Program-made: the position numbers and the translations under genes | Assembly: GCA_964474995.1 (NCBI GenBank) | Contig: CAYYUY010000003.1 | Coordinates: 25,347-89,346 of the forward strand | Reading direction: 5' to 3' | DNA from: an uncultured Candidatus Saccharibacteria bacterium | GTDB taxonomy: Bacteria; Patescibacteriota; Saccharimonadia; Saccharimonadales; JALRHH01 | Length of the DNA stretch: 64,000 nucleotides | The notes under the pieces: model-generated | What the model saw: only the letters and a program-made list of their open reading frames with translations | The model's database searches: none | Told to the model about the DNA's origin: nothing | Part shown: piece after piece, positions 55,547-63,921 of the stretch | Layout of the letters: each line of letters starts with the position of its first letter | How positions within the stretch are numbered: position 1 is the stretch's first letter

Positions 55547-56644
55547 ATGAAGAAGCATATTGTCATAGATGCGCGTATTCGCCGCAGCAGCACCGGCCGT
55601 TACGCCGACCGGCTGATCGAGCACCTCCAGGATGTCGACACCACAAACACCTATACCATCCTTGTTGAGCCCGACGATCCATGGAAGCCTACCTCACCAA
55701 ACTTCGCTGTGCAGCCCTGTCGTTACGCCCAGTTTTCGTTTAGCCCTATCGAGCAGTTTGGCTTTGTGAGGCAGCTCCGCCGGCTCAAACCAGACCTGGT
55801 TCACTTCACGATGACGCAGCAACCAATCTTTTATTTTGGCAACATCGTCACTACCACACACGACCTCACGATGCTGGAATACGCACGTGCGGGGCGATTG
55901 CCACAGTGGCTGCACCAGCTTCGTATGTCCTTGTACCGATTCTTGCTTTGGTGGAGCCACAAAAAATCCAAGAAGATTATCGTTCCGACAGAATACGTCA
56001 AAACTGATGTGGCCAAGTACCACCCCTTTGCCGCAGACAACATTGTGGTGACACTCGAGGCCAGCGAGCCTCCTATGGACGTACAGTCAACGCAGCCAGC
56101 CAAAGTCGACAAACCATATGTGCTGTATGTCGGCCGTGCATTTCCACACAAAAACCTCGACAAACTGATCGAAGCATTTGAAAAACTACTTACTTCACAT
56201 CCTGAACTAAAATTGGTTTTAGCGGGGAAGAAGGAGCACTACTACGAGCAGCTCGAAGATGTTGCCTCCAAGTCATCTGCTCATGAAAACATCATCTTCA
56301 CCGGGTTTGTCAGTGATGCCGAGCTGAAATGGCTCTACGAAAACTGCGAAGCGTACGTCTTCCCTTCACTCAGCGAAGGTTTTGGCCTGCCGGGGCTCGA
56401 AGCTATGGTCCATGGCGCCCCAGTTATCAGTAGCAACGCTACTTGCCTACCAGAGGTCTACGGAGACGCTGCAGAGTACTTTGACCCTCTTGATGCCAAC
56501 GACATGACTCGTGCCATATCTGCGGTCCTAGACGACCCAGAATTACGTACCAGGCTAATTGCATTCGGCAAAATCCAAGCCGGCAAATACTCTTGGCGCA
56601 AAATGGCAGAAGAAACATTGGCCATTTATCAGTCAGTACTTTAG
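55547..56644 (+). CDS. GT4 glycosyltransferase
   Basis: It has the motif FPSLSEGFGLPGLEAMVHGAPVISSN. Confidence 0.8.
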   Translation: MKKHIVIDARIRRSSTGRYADRLIEHLQDVDTTNTYTILVEPDDPWKPTSPNFAVQPCRYAQFSFSPIEQFGFVRQLRRLKPDLVHFTMTQQPIFYFGNIVTTTHDLTMLEYARAGRLPQWLHQLRMSLYRFLLWWSHKKSKKIIVPTEYVKTDVAKYHPFAADNIVVTLEASEPPMDVQSTQPAKVDKPYVLYVGRAFPHKNLDKLIEAFEKLLTSHPELKLVLAGKKEHYYEQLEDVASKSSAHENIIFTGFVSDAELKWLYENCEAYVFPSLSEGFGLPGLEAMVHGAPVISSNATCLPEVYGDAAEYFDPLDANDMTRAISAVLDDPELRTRLIAFGKIQAGKYSWRKMAEETLAIYQSVL

Positions 56645-56682
56645 TCAGAATCACACCAAAAATACCATAAAAAGCATAAACG

Positions 56683-56734
56683 TATCAGGTTGATCAGCAT
56701 ATTTATATAAAGTAGTAATATCGGGTTGATCAGC
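56683..56734 (+). repeat. two direct repeats TATC(A/G)GGTTGATCAGC, 36-bp period
   Basis: The copies are at 56683-56698 and 56719-56734 (15 of 16 identical). Each contains the palindromic core TGATCA. They lie about 80-130 bp upstream of the promoter of the zeta-like operon. Confidence 0.8.
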
Positions 56735-56812
56735 CAAAAGTATTGGCCTAGACTAGCTAACCAGACGTAAGCAGTTTACGAATATACGTGACCTGCTTAG
56801 TACGCCACAATA

Positions 56813-56841
56813 TTGACAAATAACAATACAAATGGTACTAT
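56813..56841 (+). promoter_or_regulatory. near-consensus sigma70-type promoter placed for a leaderless transcript
   Basis: TTGACA (56813-56818) is separated by 17 nt from TACTAT (56836-56841), with TGg immediately upstream (extended -10). The ATG at 56848 lies 6 nt after the -10 element, and no Shine-Dalgarno is present. Confidence 0.55.
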
Positions 56842-56847
56842 AATCAT

Positions 56848-57228
56848 ATGAGTCTCCTCACGTTTGTTTCTCCTAGCGAAACATCATTAAACACAGAAAT
56901 CCTTGACCAAAAAGACATAAGCCGCAAAACTCGCCGGCAAATTGAGAAGATTGGGAATCGCGCACTTAAGAGTATCGCCAAAGGCGAGACTGATATCAGC
57001 GCGGCGCCTAATTGGTTTGATGCTTGGAAGCAAAATACCCTCCTCAAACCCGAGACGGCTGAACTTGTAGAAGAAGTACTCGATGCAAACCTTGCCATGA
57101 AAGGCTTAGCGGCTCATGTGGAGCGTACTTACCATGACGAAATGGCAGCAGAAGATCGAATTGTTGTGATCCCTGCCAACGAGATTGCAGCTCACACCCC
57201 AGAAAACTCCGAACACTTAGTAGCTTAG
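56848..57228 (+). CDS. hypothetical 126-aa protein (first gene of the zeta-like module, antitoxin candidate)
   Basis: A helical, charged ORF directly upstream of the zeta-like kinase gene. I recognised no motif. Confidence 0.5.
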   Translation: MSLLTFVSPSETSLNTEILDQKDISRKTRRQIEKIGNRALKSIAKGETDISAAPNWFDAWKQNTLLKPETAELVEEVLDANLAMKGLAAHVERTYHDEMAAEDRIVVIPANEIAAHTPENSEHLVA

Positions 57229-57268
57229 TCCTTAGTCCAACTGCTGTTGGCTTGCTATAATCACACCT

Positions 57269-57997
57269 ATGACACGTGATATAAGCGATGATGAATTTGA
57301 TGCACTGAGCAAAGAGAAGCAGAAGCAATATATCGCAAAATTAATTGTGCGCGACTCTCAAGCCTCGCCAGTAGCTGAACCAAAACCGCCACTGGCGATT
57401 GTTATGGCTGGCTTGCCTGGAGCTGGTAAGACCGAGTTCCTTGATGCGTTATCTCTGGCGATGCACGAAAAGTTCAAGTCAGAATTATTTGTCAGGATCG
57501 ACCTTGACCAAATAGTGACCGTCTACCCTGGCTATACACCAGAGCGTTACAGCAAATTTCGAAGCCAAGCCAACTATGCCCTTGCTCGCACTATAGACAC
57601 GGCAAAGAATGGAAGATATAACATGATGATTGACGGTACTTTTGCAGGTACCTCAGAAGTCTCTATCAATAACGTTGAGCGCTTGCTCGATGCTGGATAT
57701 GTTGTTGCCATGTTCTATATGTACGACAACGCAAACACCGCTTGGGAATACACAAAAACGAGGGAAACCGAAACAAAGCGAGGAATTGACCTCGATGGCT
57801 TTACCAGAGCCTGCAAAAACATCCCGGTCAATATTCGGACGGTGGTTAGCCGATTCAAGACACATAAGGGCTTTATGATGAATATAGTCGTACAAAAGGA
57901 GCTACGTGATCGTAACTACGAAATCGTTACGGAATGGACCGAAATTGACAAAATTATAGATGCAGGTTATAATATAGACAACTTTAAGGAAACATGA
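57269..57997 (+). CDS. zeta-toxin-family P-loop kinase
   Basis: It has Walker A MAGLPGAGKTEF, then RIDLDQI (the zeta IDxD region) and NMMIDGTFAG (the EGT-like block). TGcTATAAT (57253-57261) lies 7 nt upstream of the ATG. Confidence 0.65.
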   Translation: MTRDISDDEFDALSKEKQKQYIAKLIVRDSQASPVAEPKPPLAIVMAGLPGAGKTEFLDALSLAMHEKFKSELFVRIDLDQIVTVYPGYTPERYSKFRSQANYALARTIDTAKNGRYNMMIDGTFAGTSEVSINNVERLLDAGYVVAMFYMYDNANTAWEYTKTRETETKRGIDLDGFTRACKNIPVNIRTVVSRFKTHKGFMMNIVVQKELRDRNYEIVTEWTEIDKIIDAGYNIDNFKET

Positions 57998-58170
57998 TGA
58001 AAAAACTTTATCTCCTCTTCAAAACTAATCGTACAGATGCCAAATCCACCCAGGAGAAGGTACTAGAATTCGTCAGAGACGAGAAAAATATCGAACACGC
58101 TGCAGAAGGTTCAATGGAACGACGTATCAATCTCATTGACAGAGTAGAGCTTCGCAAAAGAAACGCGTAG
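57994..58170 (+). CDS. small 58-aa protein, not in the ORF track
   Basis: My translation is MMKKLYLLFKTNRTDAKSTQEKVLEFVRDEKNIEHAAEGSMERRINLIDRVELRKRNA. Its ATG overlaps the TGA of the zeta-like gene (ATGA). Confidence 0.4.
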   Translation: MMKKLYLLFKTNRTDAKSTQEKVLEFVRDEKNIEHAAEGSMERRINLIDRVELRKRNA

Positions 58171-58218
58171 ATAGCCCTTTCGGGTTGGGCCTATAAATAA
58201 GTGTGGCTAGATGAGTAG

Positions 58219-58238
58219 TTGTATCAAGTTTGATACAA
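58219..58238. promoter_or_regulatory. perfect 9-bp inverted repeat TTGTATCAA-gt-TTGATACAA (operator candidate)
   Basis: A 20-bp palindromic element ending 7 nt upstream of the ATG at 58246. Confidence 0.4.
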
Positions 58239-58245
58239 TAATTTC

Positions 58246-58854
58246 ATGACGATTCCAAACAAAGAACAATTCAGAAAAATAACAAAGATTGGGCTCCTTG
58301 GCGTTGGGGCCCTTTTGGTAGTATCAGCTATTGGATATTTTGGCGTATACCGGCCAATAGCAATTCATAATGAAAAAAAGAACTTCGCCCAGGCCGAAAA
58401 GGGTCTCGCTGATCTTCAGCAACAGATTATTGCCAAGATTGGAGCGCCAACACAAAGTAAGACGATACGCTCTTGTGGTTACTCCAGTGTCGTGTACGAC
58501 AATCCTCGTTTAAGCTGTAGCACTGAGAGGTACCTACTCTATGAAAACCAAAATGCAGTACAAGCTACAAAACTCGTAAACACTGTTCAGTCGCTTGGTC
58601 AGGGACCTATAAGTACAGACTTGGGAGATTTATTTACAAGTTTTTCTGATTCGACACGGGGCAAGCAAGCTTCATATCAGAATTACAAAAAAATATCTGG
58701 GATAGAATGCTCGATTCAGTACAACTTTCCTGTGGCCCCCCATCCCGGCCAACAACTACCAAGAACCCATGCCCAAAATTTCATGATCTACCTAGGGTGT
58801 TCACGCGACACTATTTCTGAGATATTTCCTGTGGCTCAAGAATTCTTCTACTAG
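58246..58854 (+). CDS. hypothetical membrane-anchored protein
   Basis: 202 aa with an N-terminal TM helix (IGLLGVGALLVVSAIGYFGVY). Confidence 0.5.
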   Translation: MTIPNKEQFRKITKIGLLGVGALLVVSAIGYFGVYRPIAIHNEKKNFAQAEKGLADLQQQIIAKIGAPTQSKTIRSCGYSSVVYDNPRLSCSTERYLLYENQNAVQATKLVNTVQSLGQGPISTDLGDLFTSFSDSTRGKQASYQNYKKISGIECSIQYNFPVAPHPGQQLPRTHAQNFMIYLGCSRDTISEIFPVAQEFFY

Positions 58855-58932
58855 TCACAAATAATAGTTTTACTATTTAACTTTTATCTCCGGAGGCGTA
58901 TAAGTTAAGTTATACGTTTTAGGAGAAGCGGT

Positions 58933-61701
58933 GTGGTTCGTGGTGTTAATAATAGAGTAAAGCTTGGACTTCAGATGTTCTTGGCAGCTGTGCTTATATT
59001 GAGTGCCCTACCCGCTCCTTTGTTCGCCACCAACGCGGCCTCACCCTGGTTCGCGAGTGATCCAATACTTGGTGATTCTCAAGAATTACCAGCAGGCAAT
59101 GCTCCGCCCTATAGCTTGAATGGTAATATTGACTGTTTGCAGCGAAAAATCATCACACGGCCTCATCTGATCCTTAGTGAGCAGACCCGTGATGGATGTG
59201 TCATAGATACTGCGTTTGGTGCCTATGACAAAGCAGGGTTTCTGCAGAGGCCTGGAACTACCGTATCCGGGCTAATATCCAGCAAGTATGGTGGTACGAC
59301 GACACTAGCTGCAATACCGCACTCAGCTGATGCCCTCGTCAACACTGGCTACTCGGGATATGGCGTTTACTATGCATTTCTAGATAATCTTGGTAGTCAT
59401 CTACACAGCTTGGCGGCGCTCGACGGAACAGTCAGCCACACATTTGACGCCGATACGCCTGCAACTCGCATTGCTGATGCGTCTGGTCAAGCCATATCAA
59501 TTACGTATGATTCGTTGAGTTACTCGTCGAATGGAGACTGGTTCATTGCGGACGCAGACACTGTCGGGTTCATTCGCGTAAACACAAAAACTCATGAGGT
59601 ACTGCCCTTTGGTGACCGCACAAACTACGCCAATGCACTAGCCCCAGGTTTTCAGTCTGCAATTAGCCCTGATGGCAGGTACGCTGTTGTTGCCTCCAAT
59701 ACCTACAGCCGCTTCAAACTATACGACCTGGCGACTTGTGGGGCTGTCCCGGCGCACATAACCACCAAGGTCAGCTGCCAGTCAAAAGATCTGTATTCTT
59801 TTATGGCACAAAAGGTGCCCGGGTTCTTTGCGGTCTCAAATCTCCGTTTTCGTGGGGATTATGGCATTGATCTGTACACCGCCTACATTAAAAACGGTGT
59901 TGTCAGAAGAGGGCACACCAATATAGTGGCTGCGGGCCAAAGCATAACTGGCTTTGACTATCTTGGGCTGGGTGATTCATTTGCAGCCGGTGAGGGTGCT
60001 TACGAATACAAGGCGGCGACAGATACGGTGGTGAATAAGTGTCATCTATCTCAGCGCTCGTACCCTTACCTTATTGCTGAGAAGTTATCTTTAAGCCAGT
60101 ACGATTCAGTTGCGTGTTCCGGGGCTGTGATAAAAGATATTAACAGTGACAATCCGGGCTATACGGGCCAGGTACATGACAACAAAAAACTTCAAGACAG
60201 AGATACAAAAGCACTTCTAGCAGGCCTCTTGCCAGGCTATCTTCCTCAGCTTAGTTTTATTAAAGACAGGTTGCCTAGTGTCATCACCGTCTCTGCAGTT
60301 GGCAATGATATCGGGTTCGCAGACATCATCAAGCGCTGTGTAAGTGTAGATATGTGCTACGGGTACTATGAGGAGCGTGTAGATCTGCTCAAGTCCATCG
60401 ATGCGCAATTTGATCGCCTCACCAACATGTACGGTGACCTTGTGAATGCAAGCGCGCCAAATACTCGTATATACGCCATTGGCTATCCGCAAGTGGCTGA
60501 CCCAGACGGCAACTGTGCAGATAATGTCCACCTGACCCATGAGGAACTACAGTTTGCCAACGATCTCACCGACTACCTGAATACCATGATTGAACGTGCT
60601 GCCAAGCGTGCGGGTGTCTATTATGTCGATACATCTAATGCGCTTGTTGGACATCGACTCTGCGAAACAAACAGTTGGGAAGTGGCCGTTAATGGCCTGA
60701 CGGCTGGCAAAGATACTCGCCTCTTTCATATAGCTCCGCTGCCAATCGGCAACGAGAGCTATCACCCAAATGCATTTGGACAAGATCTACTGAAGACAGC
60801 CATCCTCAGCAAAACTAATAATATGACCGTTGCTATGCCCGAGGCGCAGCCAAGTATAACGCAACCTCTGCCAGATAATAATCTTGGCATCCTAAAAAAT
60901 GCACCTAAGTCTTATGACAAGCAACGATACAGAATACTCGCCTCAACTATGGGTGAAGATGTCGCTTACGCCAACCAGTCATGGAACGGCACAACCGGAG
61001 CAGATGTTCCACTAGCCCCAAACACGAGCGCTGAAGTCTGGGCCCACTCTACACCCACAAAACTTGGTACATTTACTACAACTCTTAGCGGCGACCTTAG
61101 CTTCTCTGTGACAGTACCTTCGAGCCTTGAACCCGGGTTCCACACGATGCATATATACGCCAAGAACGTTGCAGGTGAAGACATTGACCTCGAGAAAGTT
61201 GTCTACGTGGCTGCAAGTACACAAGACATGGACGGCGATGGCGTCTTGAACGATCAGGACAGTTGCCCATCCGTCGCCCAGAGCGGCCATGACATTGACC
61301 AGGACGGAATCGATGATGCATGTGATGGTGATATCGGCCAAACGCCACTGCCTGTTGTCCCCGTGCCAGATCAAGGCCTAACCAAAGAGTTGCCAGTTCA
61401 TGAGTCCGATCCTTGGGGTGCATACATCGGACCACCCGCACAGACTGCTGTGATTCAACCAGAAAAAATAGACACACCAGATCCAAATCCAATTGTGATC
61501 CAAGGAGCAACTAATACTGATATACCGGGTGGCTCAGCGAATAGTTCTGTTCTTGGTTCTGAGACTATTCATAACATGAAGTATATTAGCTCAGTTGAAG
61601 CGAGGAAGAGGCCCAATAAAAAACCAACAACCTATGTGGTTGTTGGGGTCATATTTGTAATCGGTTTGTTGATTCTATGGAGATCTAAGCGACGGGTTTG
61701 A
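58933..61701 (+). CDS. large surface protein: beta-propeller-like N-terminal region, SGNH/GDSL hydrolase, thrombospondin type-3-like Ca-binding repeats and a C-terminal anchor
   Basis: It has a signal peptide. The SGNH blocks are GLGDSFAAGEG, SAVGNDIGF and ESYHPN. DMDGDGVLNDQDSCPS...DIDQDGIDDACDGD follows. The C-terminus is a TM helix plus RSKRRV. It has a GTG start with a GGAG Shine-Dalgarno. Confidence 0.7.
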   Translation: MVRGVNNRVKLGLQMFLAAVLILSALPAPLFATNAASPWFASDPILGDSQELPAGNAPPYSLNGNIDCLQRKIITRPHLILSEQTRDGCVIDTAFGAYDKAGFLQRPGTTVSGLISSKYGGTTTLAAIPHSADALVNTGYSGYGVYYAFLDNLGSHLHSLAALDGTVSHTFDADTPATRIADASGQAISITYDSLSYSSNGDWFIADADTVGFIRVNTKTHEVLPFGDRTNYANALAPGFQSAISPDGRYAVVASNTYSRFKLYDLATCGAVPAHITTKVSCQSKDLYSFMAQKVPGFFAVSNLRFRGDYGIDLYTAYIKNGVVRRGHTNIVAAGQSITGFDYLGLGDSFAAGEGAYEYKAATDTVVNKCHLSQRSYPYLIAEKLSLSQYDSVACSGAVIKDINSDNPGYTGQVHDNKKLQDRDTKALLAGLLPGYLPQLSFIKDRLPSVITVSAVGNDIGFADIIKRCVSVDMCYGYYEERVDLLKSIDAQFDRLTNMYGDLVNASAPNTRIYAIGYPQVADPDGNCADNVHLTHEELQFANDLTDYLNTMIERAAKRAGVYYVDTSNALVGHRLCETNSWEVAVNGLTAGKDTRLFHIAPLPIGNESYHPNAFGQDLLKTAILSKTNNMTVAMPEAQPSITQPLPDNNLGILKNAPKSYDKQRYRILASTMGEDVAYANQSWNGTTGADVPLAPNTSAEVWAHSTPTKLGTFTTTLSGDLSFSVTVPSSLEPGFHTMHIYAKNVAGEDIDLEKVVYVAASTQDMDGDGVLNDQDSCPSVAQSGHDIDQDGIDDACDGDIGQTPLPVVPVPDQGLTKELPVHESDPWGAYIGPPAQTAVIQPEKIDTPDPNPIVIQGATNTDIPGGSANSSVLGSETIHNMKYISSVEARKRPNKKPTTYVVVGVIFVIGLLILWRSKRRV

Positions 61702-62140
61702 GGACGACGTGACGGTCGCGACCCTCGCCTTCTGACTCTGTGGCCAGGCCAGCTTCGGACACGACCTTGTGTACTGTACGGCGGTCGGCAGCGTTCATGG
61801 CCTGCAGGTGCATTACTTCACCTGTTTCTTGGACTTTTTTGATCCATTCTTGGGCTCGCTCGGCCAAACGTTCTGCTTGCTGCTTCTTGTAGTCAGCTAC
61901 GTCGACATTGACACGAGATACTTCAAATCCATTGTTTTTGAGTGCGTTGCTCACGATGTACTGGAGAGCGCGGACGGTATCGCCACGCTGGCCTATCAGG
62001 AAGCCGTTTAGCTGCGTTGAGGGCACATTGAGCTCTATCACTTCATGGTCTTCGGTTGTCGCGTAGACGTCAGTGTTCAGACCGAAAAACGACAAGATAT
62101 CTTCGAGATATTTCTTGGCGTACTGTAGTGATTCTTCCAT
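61685..62140 (-). CDS. jag: Jag/KhpB-like RNA-binding protein (KH plus R3H)
   Basis: GFLIGQRGDTVRALQ is KH-like and the C-terminal DRRTVHKVVSE...SEGEG..RHVVL is an R3H motif. It sits in the conserved position downstream of yidC. Confidence 0.8.
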   Translation of the reverse strand: MEESLQYAKKYLEDILSFFGLNTDVYATTEDHEVIELNVPSTQLNGFLIGQRGDTVRALQYIVSNALKNNGFEVSRVNVDVADYKKQQAERLAERAQEWIKKVQETGEVMHLQAMNAADRRTVHKVVSEAGLATESEGEGRDRHVVLKPVA

Positions 62141-62142
62141 GG

Positions 62143-63096
62143 CTATTTCCTCCGCTTTTTAGCTGCCTTTGCGGTCGGTGATTTCTTGGATTTTTTGTGT
62201 GGTGTTGATTGCTTTGAGATAACTTCGCCTTCGATGATTTCTGACTTTTCAGGACTGTCGGCGAGTTTTTCCATCTCGGTTTCGTCTTGCTTGAGAATGT
62301 AACCTTGCTGGAAGTAAGCCACGATTGCACCAGTAAACCAGTACAAGCTCAGGGCTGATGGTAGATTAACGGTAAAGATAAAGATCATGAATGGGATGAG
62401 GTACTTGGTCTGACGACCGATGGCAGCGCTGACTTCTGACTGGTCGGCTGATTTGCCACTGCCGGCGTCTTTGAGGATTGCTTTGAGGCCACGACCGTCT
62501 TTTGGACTTGGCATGAGCTGCGCACTCTGGAAGTACTGCCCTGCTGCTGATCCGGCGACGAGCAACATTGCTGGCCAGTAGATGCCACCACCGCTGGCAA
62601 GTGCTGGTTTGGTCAGGTCAACCCAGCCGAGGAGGGTTTCGTCAAAGTGACCGGCGTTACTGGCAAGTGTCTGAAGCCATGGTAAGTGGTGAATCCAGGT
62701 GTATGAGAAGTCGATAATTTGTTTTGGATCGTGGACAACCTTGTTGAGACCGGCGTAGAGACCAATCAAGATAATGAACTGCACAATCAGCGTGCCAATA
62801 GAGCTGAATGGGCTAATGTTGCGCTCTTTGTAGAGTTCCATTAACATGACTGATTCTTGCTGTTTGTTGCCCTTGGTTTTGGCTTTGATCTTCTTTAGCT
62901 CAGGCTGGAGCTCGCGCATTGCCTTGGCTTGGTGAAGCTGCTTTTTGACCAGTGGCCACATAAGCAAACGTACAAGAATGGTAAACAAAATGATCGCCAG
63001 ACCGAAGTTGTGGCCTGGAAGTAGCGCGTAAATAAGCACCAACAGATTGAAGATGGGCTTGATGATTAAAATGTGAAAAATAGACGCTACGAACAT
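62143..63096 (-). CDS. yidC: membrane protein insertase YidC
   Basis: It has a short Gram-positive-type YidC core (LAIILFTILVRLLMWPL...MQPELKKIK) and a Lys-rich C-terminal tail. It sits in the rnpA-yidC-jag synteny. Confidence 0.9.
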   Translation of the reverse strand: MFVASIFHILIIKPIFNLLVLIYALLPGHNFGLAIILFTILVRLLMWPLVKKQLHQAKAMRELQPELKKIKAKTKGNKQQESVMLMELYKERNISPFSSIGTLIVQFIILIGLYAGLNKVVHDPKQIIDFSYTWIHHLPWLQTLASNAGHFDETLLGWVDLTKPALASGGGIYWPAMLLVAGSAAGQYFQSAQLMPSPKDGRGLKAILKDAGSGKSADQSEVSAAIGRQTKYLIPFMIFIFTVNLPSALSLYWFTGAIVAYFQQGYILKQDETEMEKLADSPEKSEIIEGEVISKQSTPHKKSKKSPTAKAAKKRRK

Positions 63097-63151
63097 AACT
63101 CTCCTAACAATTGCTACTATAATAGCACGCTTCTACCGGTGTTAATACTGA

Positions 63152-63502
63152 CTATTTTTCGATGATGCCGGCTTGCTTGAGCTGAGCATGTACTAAACGT
63201 GTCAGTTCCTCTGCCGGAATTGCAGCAATCGTATCGGCAAATACCGTTAGGACAATGTCGTACGGGACAGTGATATTTGGTGTTTCAAGACGGTAGGCCT
63301 CGTACAACCGGCGGCGTATACGATTGCGCACGACGGCTGATTTACTGACCTTCTTGCTGACCACGATTGCCAGCCGATATTCATCGCGGCGCTTGTTCTC
63401 CACATATTTGAGTGCACAGAGCGGACCACGAACAATTTGGCCGTTATTGTAGACATAACGTAAAGACCCATGACCGTGAAACCTGTTAGCTTTACGAATC
63501 AT
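63152..63502 (-). CDS. rnpA: ribonuclease P protein component
   Basis: 116 aa and basic, with the RNR-type motif KSAVVRNRIRRRL. It lies directly downstream of rpmH. Confidence 0.85.
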   Translation of the reverse strand: MIRKANRFHGHGSLRYVYNNGQIVRGPLCALKYVENKRRDEYRLAIVVSKKVSKSAVVRNRIRRRLYEAYRLETPNITVPYDIVLTVFADTIAAIPAEELTRLVHAQLKQAGIIEK

Positions 63503-63563
63503 GGGTTATTTTGGTCAACCAGAGAGTTCTGGCGACGGCTCCTTTACTTAAAATATGTGAATA

Positions 63564-63701
63564 TTAGGCGGATAGTTCTTTGCGGCCTTTGTTGCGGCGG
63601 CGCTGGATAACAGAGCGTCCAGCTTTTGTAGCCATGCGCTTCATGAAGCCGTGCACGCGTGCGCGCTTGCGCTTCTTTGGCTGGTGAGTTCGTTTTGGCA
63701 T
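63564..63701 (-). CDS. rpmH: 50S ribosomal protein L34 (45 aa), not in the ORF track
   Basis: My translation is [45 protein letters not shown], the canonical L34 sequence. Confidence 0.9.
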   Translation of the reverse strand: MPKRTHQPKKRKRARVHGFMKRMATKAGRSVIQRRRNKGRKELSA

Positions 63702-63870
63702 ATCAATCTTTCGAATTTAGCGTTTAGTAAATGTGATTTGTAAATAGTACCTTAAAAGTGACTTTTTATCAAGAGGTCGACCCTTGTCGGGTGGTACGAA
63801 GTCCAAGTTTAACACAGGCTGGCGGCGACAGTATGTTATTTCGCGCAAAGTCTTGTGCTTTTGACAATAT

Positions 63871-63921
63871 TTACCCACTAATATGACTTGGTTATCCACT
63901 CATCGCCAAACTTTGTCCACA
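63871..63921 (+). promoter_or_regulatory. three phased DnaA-box-like 9-mers (oriC/dnaA promoter region candidate)
   Basis: The boxes are TTACCCACT (63871), TTATCCACT (63892) and TTGTCCACA (63913). They share one orientation and are spaced exactly 21 bp apart. They match the consensus TTATCCACA at 7, 8 and 8 of 9 positions, and they lie upstream of rpmH where dnaA and oriC usually sit. Confidence 0.5.
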
